A stretch of DNA of 64,000 nt from Oligoflexales bacterium. GTDB lineage: Bacteria; Bdellovibrionota_B; Oligoflexia; Oligoflexales; RGVZ01. The stretch covers positions 13,961 to 77,960 of the forward strand of contig CANILH010000003.1 in NCBI GenBank assembly GCA_947468665.1, in the 5' to 3' direction. Positions 29,042 through 36,326 of the stretch are shown here, one piece after another. The translations under genes and the position numbers were made by a program. Each line of letters opens with the position of its first letter. The first letter of the stretch is position 1. The notes below the pieces were generated by a model, which worked only from the letters and a program-made list of their open reading frames with translations, did no database searches and was not told the DNA's origin.

Positions 29042-29479
29042 ATGCAAACCACATTCGAGAAAATCCAGGACATCGTCGTAGAAGCTCTCTACTGCGATAA
29101 AGAGCAGGTAACCCGCGAAGCAAACCTGATGGCCGATCTTGGAGCAGAGAGTATTGATTTCCTCGATATCGTATTCCGTCTTGAAAAAGCGTTCGGTATC
29201 AAAATGCCAAAAGGTGACATTGAGCTCCGAGCCAGAGGCGACCTCGCCGAGGGTGAGTTCGAGGTTCACGGCGTCCTTCAGGAAAAAGGTCTCGCGCGCC
29301 TGAAAGCCATTATGCCAGAGGTCGATCCAACTAAAGTTAAAGCAGGTCTGCGTGTCAAAGACATCGCGACACTCTTTACCGTCGCTACTTTTGAGCGCAT
29401 GGTTCTCGAGCGTTTGGGCGACCAACCTCAGGCGACCACGACTACAGCACCAGCACGGGCCTCATTGGGCACCGTCTGA
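29042..29479 (+). CDS. acyl carrier protein, extended form (145 aa)
   Basis: Phosphopantetheine site LGAESIDFLDIVFRLEKAFGI (Ser in the D/E-S-x-D context). A ~45-aa insertion lies before the last helix, plus a Thr/Ala-rich tail. Canonical ACPs are ~78 aa. Confidence 0.75.
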   Translation: MQTTFEKIQDIVVEALYCDKEQVTREANLMADLGAESIDFLDIVFRLEKAFGIKMPKGDIELRARGDLAEGEFEVHGVLQEKGLARLKAIMPEVDPTKVKAGLRVKDIATLFTVATFERMVLERLGDQPQATTTTAPARASLGTV

Positions 29480-29524
29480 ATTTATAAACCCTGAGATCTT
29501 CAACCAAATGAGGAAATCCCGGTA

Positions 29525-30385
29525 ATGCGTTTCTTATTCGTCAGTCAAATAACCCAAATTGACGGCCAGAAAATCCGCGGTCAGGTGGAGTTTTCTGACC
29601 AAGAGCCGTGGCGTCATACAAATGCCAAAGGCGACGTCTGTATCAATAACAGTGTCGTCTCTGAGGCTGTTGGGCAACTTGTGTCCTGGATGGCGCTCCG
29701 CGACAATGACTTCAAGGGTCGCCCGGTATTCCTGTTCCTGGACCGCATCCATTTTCAGGGCAGCGTGCCTGCTCCCGGAGTTGTTGACCTTGAGGCCTGG
29801 ATCAGCAACCGCGACGAGGACTCGTTTATCTTCTCTGGTACGGCGAAGGTTAACGGTCAAACAGTTCTGGAGATTACTGACAGCGGCGGATACTTCATGC
29901 CACTCGCAGAGCTGGAGGATCCCGCTGTCACCCGCCAGCGTTTTGAAACGCTGACCTCAACAGGCATCGGGGCGAACCCTTCAGGACCTCAATTTGACAC
30001 CACTCAGCTGGTTGATGAGATTAAAGACCTAACTCCTGGTCAGACGGTCTCGGCTATTAAAGTAATGCGACTGGACGAGCCGTTCTACGCCGATCACTTT
30101 CCAAGATTTCCTGTTACGCCAATCGTGGTCATCAACGAGATGATCATGGAAGCCACGAGGCGAATGATGACCGGGATCGGCGCTGAGCCGGGCTCCAAGT
30201 CGCGCGGAATCGAGCCGGTCGCGGTTCAAGATCTCAAAATAAAGTCGTTTATCCGCCCAGGCGATACGGCAATAACAAATGTAAAAGTTGTCGAACGAAT
30301 TGGCGACGAGTTTGAGGCCATTTCAGAGATTCTTATCAACAAAAAAAGAATCCTGCGCGGTCGCTATCGCTATCGTTTTATTTGA
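29525..30385 (+). CDS. double-hotdog beta-hydroxyacyl-ACP dehydratase (FabA/FabZ-like)
   Basis: 286 aa, twice FabZ length. The C-terminal half carries FYADHFPRFPVTPIVVINEMIMEA (His-Phe-Pro dehydratase motif). The N-terminal half lacks it. Confidence 0.65.
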   Translation: MRFLFVSQITQIDGQKIRGQVEFSDQEPWRHTNAKGDVCINNSVVSEAVGQLVSWMALRDNDFKGRPVFLFLDRIHFQGSVPAPGVVDLEAWISNRDEDSFIFSGTAKVNGQTVLEITDSGGYFMPLAELEDPAVTRQRFETLTSTGIGANPSGPQFDTTQLVDEIKDLTPGQTVSAIKVMRLDEPFYADHFPRFPVTPIVVINEMIMEATRRMMTGIGAEPGSKSRGIEPVAVQDLKIKSFIRPGDTAITNVKVVERIGDEFEAISEILINKKRILRGRYRYRFI

Positions 30386-30408
30386 CGGCAACATTAAAGG
30401 AGAATCAC

Positions 30409-31674
30409 ATGCGTTCACAAAAAAGACGCGTTGTCATTACAGGCGTTGGCGCTGTGACACCAGCCGGCAACACCATGAACGAAACCTGGAACGGCATTAT
30501 CGAGGGCAAAAAAAACGTCCGCCCCATTGAGATGTTTGAGGCATCGGCCTTCCCGTGTAATTTCGCGTACCAGGTCAGAGACTTCGAACTCAATCGACTG
30601 GGTCTTGAAGATCCTGAGCGTCCAAAACTTCTTAATCGCGCCGGAGAATTCGGCTGGAACGCGGCCATCGAGGCGGCGACCCAATCCAATATTCTGGAAA
30701 ATGGCCAAACCAATCCGCTCCGAACCGCTGTTTGTCTGGGAGTTGGCGTTGGCAGTCCAACGCTGGCCTGGCATCAATCGGTTTACATGACCGAAAAATT
30801 CGACGGTGACGATTATACTCCTTACCACCGTAAACACTTCCCAAATACACTTTCGACTCTCGTCGCTAGCCTGGTCAATGCGAAAGGCGCGACCGTGACT
30901 ATACATACCGCATGCGCGTCTTCCGGCCAGGCGCTGGGAGAGGCTTATGACATGATCGTCTGTGGTGACTATGACGTTGTCATGACGGGCGGCGCTGACT
31001 CCATGATCAATCCATTCCAGATGGCCGGGTTTTGCCTTTTGGGCGCTCTGTCATCACGGAGTTCCAATCCACAAAGCGCGTCCCGTCCATTTGACGCCGA
31101 TCGTGACGGATTTGTACTCGGCGAGGGTGCCTGCATGTTCGTTTTTGAGGACTATGATCACGCCAAAGCAAGAGGCGCGACGATCATTGGTGAAATTTGT
31201 GGTTACGGTGTAACCGAATCCGCTTACCGGATTACCGATCTCCACCCAGAGGGACGTGGTGTTATCGAGTCAATGGAAACAGCGTTAAAGGACGCGGGTA
31301 TAAGTCCGGAACAGGTCGGCTACATTAACGCCCACGGCACGTCGACACTTCTGAACGATAAAGTCGAATCCCTCGCGATCAGCAAAGTGTTCAACCGTGA
31401 CACCTGCCAAACCAAAGTTTCCAGCACCAAGAGTACGACAGGACATTTAATCTCCGCCGCCGGCGCTATCGAATTCGCGGTAGCCATGATGTCCCTGAAA
31501 CACCAGGTATTCCCACCATCGGTTAACTTAATCAATCAGGACACCTCCTGTGAGATCAATCTGACACCATCAACCCCAACCCCAACGCCAATGACCGCGT
31601 CCTACGCGCTTTCCAACTCGGTCGGTTTTGGCGGATCAAACACCTCGCTTATCGCGCGGAGGGTCCAGCTATGA
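30409..31674 (+). CDS. beta-ketoacyl-ACP synthase (FabF/KAS II-like, catalytic)
   Basis: Cys-His-His triad contexts all present: HTACASSGQALG, INAHGTSTLLND and STKSTTGHLISAAG. ATG at 30409 has AAAGGAGA 5 nt upstream, so it is preferred to the TTG at 30382. Confidence 0.9.
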   Translation: MRSQKRRVVITGVGAVTPAGNTMNETWNGIIEGKKNVRPIEMFEASAFPCNFAYQVRDFELNRLGLEDPERPKLLNRAGEFGWNAAIEAATQSNILENGQTNPLRTAVCLGVGVGSPTLAWHQSVYMTEKFDGDDYTPYHRKHFPNTLSTLVASLVNAKGATVTIHTACASSGQALGEAYDMIVCGDYDVVMTGGADSMINPFQMAGFCLLGALSSRSSNPQSASRPFDADRDGFVLGEGACMFVFEDYDHAKARGATIIGEICGYGVTESAYRITDLHPEGRGVIESMETALKDAGISPEQVGYINAHGTSTLLNDKVESLAISKVFNRDTCQTKVSSTKSTTGHLISAAGAIEFAVAMMSLKHQVFPPSVNLINQDTSCEINLTPSTPTPTPMTASYALSNSVGFGGSNTSLIARRVQL

Positions 31675-32855
31675 CAAATAACAATAATCAACGCCAGGTG
31701 GTTGTCACCGGTCTCGGTATGCTAACAGCCCATGGCCTTGGCGTTAGCGCCAACCTTGAGCCATTTACCGCCACGCACACGCGAAAAACTCAGGAAGACC
31801 TGAAAGTCGTTGGCTTCAATCCGGCACCGCACCTTACAGACCGCAAAGTCGTTAAAGTGGTTTCCCACCGCGACGTACTTGGCCTTGTGGCATTTGAGGA
31901 ATGCGTCAGGAATTCCGGTTTATCCTCAAAAACCATCAATCCTGACCGGACTGGTCTTTACGTTGGAGCGCCACCATCGTCCTGCGTTGACCATCACAAT
32001 TATAATGAGAGCATTGAGGCCTCAATTGATCAGATCGGCAAACTGAACGAGAGAATTTTCGGTGATCACTTCCGCTCGGCAAGCCCGACGACTTTGCTTA
32101 CTGGTCTTCCCAATAACGTGCTCTGTTATGGCGCCAAGACACTCGATGCCCGTGGACCAAACTCAAACTATACGACTCTCGAGTCGAGCGCGCACATGGC
32201 CATTATAGGTGCAATCCGTTCCATCAGGCTTGATCGCCTTGATTGCGCGATCGCTGGTGGCTATACAGCCCATAGCGATAAGGTATTCGCCGCGGCGATG
32301 AAGCAACGCGGCATGGCCGACGGCACCCCGATCGCTGAGGGCGCGGCATTTGCGACTCTTGAGACACGTGAGAATGCCGAAAAACGCGGCGCGACTGTAC
32401 TGTGTGAGATTCTGGCATGTGGCGCCGCGAGTGACGCCACCGGACCATACCGCTCCAACTCTGCTGACCCAGCTCTCACCGAGCTAATACGCCAGACGAT
32501 GGCTAACGCCGGCATTTCAATGGACCAAATCGAGGTGGCCATGACAACAGGAAGCGGCATCGCTTGCGTCGAAGACGCAGAATCCGTGTCGATCAATCAA
32601 ATTTGGAATGCCGCGTATAAACCCGTGATCGCGTCGACCGCGACCCGCTGGGGAAACCTTATGGAAGCCGGCGGTGTCGCCGATATCGGATTCCTTCACA
32701 CCTGCTACGCGCATAAATCCATTCCCGAGTCCACCGCGGTCGGTGATTTGGGTCGTTTATCCAGTTTTGACGCGACACGCGGCCATGCTTTAATCCTAAG
32801 ATCAACACCATGGGGTGAATACTCCTGTGTCATCATCAAATTGGAGAATCTATGA
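31671..32855 (+). CDS. KS-like partner lacking the catalytic triad (chain-length-factor-like)
   Basis: 394 aa with thiolase-fold layout (QVVVTGLGMLTAHG at the N-terminus). The Cys position reads TTLESSAHMA. The two His positions read AMTTGSGI and ASTATRWGNL. The start overlaps the KS stop by 4 bp. Confidence 0.7.
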   Translation: MTNNNNQRQVVVTGLGMLTAHGLGVSANLEPFTATHTRKTQEDLKVVGFNPAPHLTDRKVVKVVSHRDVLGLVAFEECVRNSGLSSKTINPDRTGLYVGAPPSSCVDHHNYNESIEASIDQIGKLNERIFGDHFRSASPTTLLTGLPNNVLCYGAKTLDARGPNSNYTTLESSAHMAIIGAIRSIRLDRLDCAIAGGYTAHSDKVFAAAMKQRGMADGTPIAEGAAFATLETRENAEKRGATVLCEILACGAASDATGPYRSNSADPALTELIRQTMANAGISMDQIEVAMTTGSGIACVEDAESVSINQIWNAAYKPVIASTATRWGNLMEAGGVADIGFLHTCYAHKSIPESTAVGDLGRLSSFDATRGHALILRSTPWGEYSCVIIKLENL

Positions 32856-33223
32856 AGGGAATCGGTGTTGACACAGTTGCCATGACCAAATTTCAGAACG
32901 TCATGGTTGGTTCGGGAAGCGGATTTATCGAGCATGTATTTACCTCTAATGAGCGTAAGTACTGCGCTGGATCAGCTAATCCCTGCGAGTCATTTGCCGG
33001 TCATTTTGCCGCCAAAGAAGCGCTGGTCAAAGCCATTCCAGCACTTCGGAGTCACGGCATTGACTGGAAGGATATTGAGGTAACTCACAATAATTTCGGC
33101 GCGCCTCAATTCATCGTAAACGACCGTATCAAAGAAAACCTCGAGCGGATCAACGCCTCGTCGATCCTTCTGTCTATCTCCCACACTCACGAAACAGCCG
33201 TCGCGATGGTAGCGGTTCTCTAA
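32852..33223 (+). CDS. acpS: holo-ACP synthase (4'-phosphopantetheinyl transferase, AcpS type)
   Basis: 123 aa. Motifs MKGIGVDTV, FAAKEALVKA, GAPQF and LSISHTHETAVAMV. 4-bp overlap with the upstream gene. Confidence 0.85.
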   Translation: MKGIGVDTVAMTKFQNVMVGSGSGFIEHVFTSNERKYCAGSANPCESFAGHFAAKEALVKAIPALRSHGIDWKDIEVTHNNFGAPQFIVNDRIKENLERINASSILLSISHTHETAVAMVAVL

Positions 33224-34393
33224 ATGAAAGGACAGCCCATGAATATATTGGTCACCGGAGGAAGCGGATTCCTTGGAACAGCGTTGCTCCCGAAACTCGT
33301 CAAAGACAAAAACGTCGCTCGCGTCATTTTATTGATGCGCGACTCGATGCGCGAAACCGCCATCGAGCGTCTTACCGGCCTCATTAACAACGTGTTTATA
33401 CCCGCTGACCGCGCACTGGCTCAAAATAAAATTGAGATTATCGCCGGCGACCTAACTCTCGACAACATGGGTTTTGACCCGTTTACCATGGAGCGTCTGA
33501 GTGGCGAATGTACGCATATTCTTCATATTGGCGCCAGCACCGACTTTGCCGCGCCTCTTGATCTCTCACGTCACATCAATGTTGACGGAACCAGAAAACT
33601 GCTGGAATTTGCGCTGATTTGTCAGCGCAAGGGAAAACTTCAGCGCCTTGACTATGTCTCAACAGCGTTTGTCGCCGGCACAAAATCAGGAATTGTCACC
33701 GAGGACGATCTTGAGCGCGACCAGAAATTCGCGAACTCATACGAACAAAGTAAGTATGAAGCTGAGATTCTGGTCCGAGAGCATATGGACTTTCTGCCAA
33801 TCACCATTCTGCGCCCATCAATCGTAGTTGGCGACTCGCGCAATGGCTTCACGCCGCACTTTAAGGTCTTATATTGGCCGCTACAGCTTCTCTCCAAAAA
33901 CATATTACCATTTGTGCCATGTCGCCGGGGTGCCCGCCTTGATATCGTGCCCGTGGACTTCGTCGCGACAGCGATGCACAAAATCATGAACTCGCCGACC
34001 AGTCTGGGCCAGACTCTCTATCTTACCGCGGGCGCGAATCAGACCATTCGAATTGACCATTTCCTCGATAACGCGTTCCGCCAAACTAAGATTCAGAGGC
34101 GGCCGTTGATTCCTATCTGGATGTTTAAGGTTCTCCGTGGGACGTGGCTTCGTAAAGTTATGTCAGAGAGCTTCTGGGAAACATGCCAGCTCGCGTCCGT
34201 CTATAATGATTACCTTGCGGGTACAAACGTGACGTTTGACAACTCCAAATCAACTAAGTTTCTCAGATCAGTTGGAGCCCGTCCGGCCCCTCATTGGGGC
34301 ACCTACGGCGACGCCATCCTGAAATTTTGTACTGAGAGCCGCTGGGGAAAACGCCTCGCCATGCCGGAGTGTGAGTACCGTAATCCAGTGTGA
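33224..34393 (+). CDS. stand-alone thioester/fatty-acyl reductase (NAD_binding_4, extended SDR)
   Basis: Motifs NILVTGGSGFLGTALLPKL, YEQSKYEAE (YxxxK), ILRPSIVVGDSRNG and LDIVPVDFVATAM. Alternative start at the ATG at 33239. Immediately follows acpS. Confidence 0.75.
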   Translation: MKGQPMNILVTGGSGFLGTALLPKLVKDKNVARVILLMRDSMRETAIERLTGLINNVFIPADRALAQNKIEIIAGDLTLDNMGFDPFTMERLSGECTHILHIGASTDFAAPLDLSRHINVDGTRKLLEFALICQRKGKLQRLDYVSTAFVAGTKSGIVTEDDLERDQKFANSYEQSKYEAEILVREHMDFLPITILRPSIVVGDSRNGFTPHFKVLYWPLQLLSKNILPFVPCRRGARLDIVPVDFVATAMHKIMNSPTSLGQTLYLTAGANQTIRIDHFLDNAFRQTKIQRRPLIPIWMFKVLRGTWLRKVMSESFWETCQLASVYNDYLAGTNVTFDNSKSTKFLRSVGARPAPHWGTYGDAILKFCTESRWGKRLAMPECEYRNPV

Positions 34394-34491
34394 TGACGCT
34401 GAATGGCGACTTCAGCTAATTAGCGAACCTCAAATCCAAACATCATTCCGGTCCCGAGATGCTCGCTGATATGACAGTGTCCCATCCAGCG
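34366..34491. repeat. direct repeat copy A (126 bp) bracketing the low-GC insertion
   Basis: Matches 36201-36326 at a constant offset of 1835 bp with 5 mismatches. 82 bp (34381-34462) are identical. Contains the live 3' end of the reductase gene plus a dead copy of the multicopper oxidase 3' end. Confidence 0.95.
34420..34491 (-). pseudogene. orphan 3'-terminal fragment (23 codons + stop) of the multicopper oxidase gene
   Basis: The minus strand reads RWMGHCHISEHLGTGMMFGFEVR*, identical in protein to the C-terminus of the 36255..37763 gene. The upstream sequence diverges abruptly at 34492. Confidence 0.85.
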
Positions 34492-34567
34492 CCGACGCTG
34501 TGGACCGCCGAAACAGCGACATGGTATGCATCCGCAAACCCCTGCTTTTGCGAGGCGCGTAACATAG

Positions 34568-35053
34568 TCAAACTTTGATCTTTTTAAGGATCTCACGCAG
34601 GTGTAAAAGGGCCTCTTTGTCCTTTGGACGTGACATTATTTCCTTAATGCTTATTAGATCCTCTAATGACACAACTTTGCAGTCATGACCGTATAGCCTT
34701 ATTGTGACTGCGCGACGACTTACAGCTTGAAAATCGCCAATTGGCTGTAGCTCAGACATCATATCGAGAATCCCAAGACTTGTTTCCAAGTAAATATTCT
34801 TGAGTTCATTACTTCGTTTGGGGTGATCAAGAAATGAAGGCTTGAAATTGGGATTCATTCTAAACCTTGGGTCGAGGTCTTTCAGAGCTTCTCGTAATTT
34901 TGCAATCTGCAAATCGTCAAAGAAAACACAGACATCGACATCTTGTGTAACGAGTGGGGAACCGTGAACAACACAAGCAAGCCCGCCGGCAAGAACAAAA
35001 TCCACATCATGGTCGAGGAGTCTTTTAAGCAGGGCCTTTAGATTGTCGCGCAT
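34568..35053 (-). CDS. nucleotidyltransferase-fold protein (toxin-antitoxin-type small NTase)
   Basis: 162 aa from the ATG at 35053 (AAGGAG 4 nt upstream). Motif DVDFVLAGGLACVVHGSPLVTQDVDVCV (GG-x-A-x3-HG-x7-D-x-D) and C-terminal VSLEDLISIKEIMSRPKDKEALLHL. About 37-40% GC against ~52% in the flanks. Confidence 0.65.
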   Translation of the reverse strand: MRDNLKALLKRLLDHDVDFVLAGGLACVVHGSPLVTQDVDVCVFFDDLQIAKLREALKDLDPRFRMNPNFKPSFLDHPKRSNELKNIYLETSLGILDMMSELQPIGDFQAVSRRAVTIRLYGHDCKVVSLEDLISIKEIMSRPKDKEALLHLREILKKIKV

Positions 35054-35237
35054 AGTACTCCTTGCCTGCTTGCATAAGATCATTAACAAGTTCGCGGGCC
35101 AGTTCATGAGCATCCATCCTTTGCTCATGCGTAAGAGACAAAAGATGCGCGACAAGCGAGGCATCAATATGAACAACATCCCCTTGGCCTCGGTCAAGTG
35201 TATTGATTGGATCTGCTAAGTCTCTTTGGGTCACCAA
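35025..35237 (-). CDS. small partner protein of the NTase (putative cognate antitoxin/toxin)
   Basis: 70 codons with a TTG/GVG-type start and AAGGAA 9 nt upstream. Overlaps the NTase start by 29 nt. Helical sequence LTHEQRMDAHELARELVNDLMQAGKE. No independent homology is recognisable by eye. Confidence 0.4.
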   Translation of the reverse strand: MVTQRDLADPINTLDRGQGDVVHIDASLVAHLLSLTHEQRMDAHELARELVNDLMQAGKEYYARQSKGPA

Positions 35238-35902
35238 AATTGCAACTTCCTTGCCTATTTATAGTTATGTTGGCCAAACTTCGAAAGAACCTAAAACTAT
35301 GCCCATCCTGCTTGACGTGCTTTGAAAATCTTTCCATCAACTGCCATGTCAAATTCCCTAAGCTCCACCCCAAATGTATTCTTATGAGCTCGCATTGTTC
35401 CCGACCGAATGAACACCAAGATGGGTAAATTAGATCACTGATGAAGTACCAATCCCTCCGCCAGTATTACCAACTCCTGCGCTGGAGTTACATGAAATAT
35501 TGTCGTTTGCTTGCGCTCTAAGTAACGGGACAAGTGCCATTATCCAAGACGTTCCAACCTACCAATTTTACATGTTAATTCTAGTCTTCGCAAAGGGTTC
35601 TGACGCCATTTGGTGTGATTTTCAGATCTTAGCGTTGCTGCTGATTACGAAACCTGAATTTGGGCACAAAGTGCACAAATCTTCAGATTGGCTGGATACT
35701 TTGTGCACAAAACTCCCTTATTCCACGCCTCACAAATTGCCTGAAAATTGGCGCCAAAAAAATCTTTAGAAGTAGAAACAGCTATTTAGCTTCGATTTCT
35801 ATCGCTTCGTCAAAAGTTGGCACGCTTCGACCCCCTTTACTTATTGAGGGCTGAAAATACTCACGCGCCGATGTTGGCGCCAGGAACAAGGGGTGTGAGG
35901 TC

Positions 35903-36108
35903 ATGCAAAGAAAAAGATGCGCAATCAATTTACCAGTTGATGCGTTCACAACGTGCCCGTCATGTCGCAGCTCGGACTATCTCCGAGAAATATCTTCGAT
36001 GTCTACTGCCACTGCTGTGGCTGGGATAGCTCGTCAGCATTTGTGGAAGCCGGTGGTCTCGATGATCTGATCTTCGAATATGAAATGGATCTTAAGCGAA
36101 TGGCTTGA
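35903..36108 (+). pseudogene. possible frameshifted Cys4 zinc-ribbon gene
   Basis: Frame 1 (35903-36070) begins MQRKRCAINLPVDAFTTCPSCRSSDYLRE.... Frame 3 (35962-36108) continues ...NIFDVYCHCCGWDSSSAFVEAGGLDDLIFEYEMDLKRMA. Joined near 35985-35990 they give CPSC-x13-CHCC. Neither half reaches 60 aa. Confidence 0.25.
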
Positions 36109-36200
36109 AAACGTCTTGCGGATCGGCGTGAGCGCTTGGTTGACGGGCTGATTGTTGATTACAGTATCGCAGCGTGACTTTTTGGACAGAACGCGGTACG

Positions 36201-36326
36201 GGAGTATGAGTACCATAATCCAGTGTGATGACGCTGAATGGCGACTTCAGCTAATTAGCGAACCTCAAATCCAAACATCATTCCGGTCCCGAGATGTTCG
36301 CTGATATGGCAGTGCCCCATCCAGCG
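36201..36326. repeat. direct repeat copy B (126 bp)
   Basis: Partner of 34366-34491. Contains the live 3' end of the multicopper oxidase gene and a dead, diverged copy of the reductase tail (…REYEYHNPV* versus live …PECEYRNPV*). Confidence 0.95.

Noticed and set aside
35430-35540. 36-codon minus-strand ORF MALVPLLRAQANDNISCNSSAGVGNTGGGIGTSSVI resembling a Gly/Ser-rich bacteriocin or RiPP precursor
   Set aside because: It has no convincing ribosome-binding site and no modification, export or immunity genes nearby. At this length it is easily a chance ORF in AT-rich DNA.
35207-36216. Several 60-90-aa ORFs in the islet spacer (35207-35428, 35500-35769, 35660-35854, 35817-36029, 36034-36216)
   Set aside because: They are mutually overlapping with Cys/Leu/Phe-rich implausible sequences and no start signals. 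I treat them as non-coding except for the split zinc-ribbon frames, which are reported separately.
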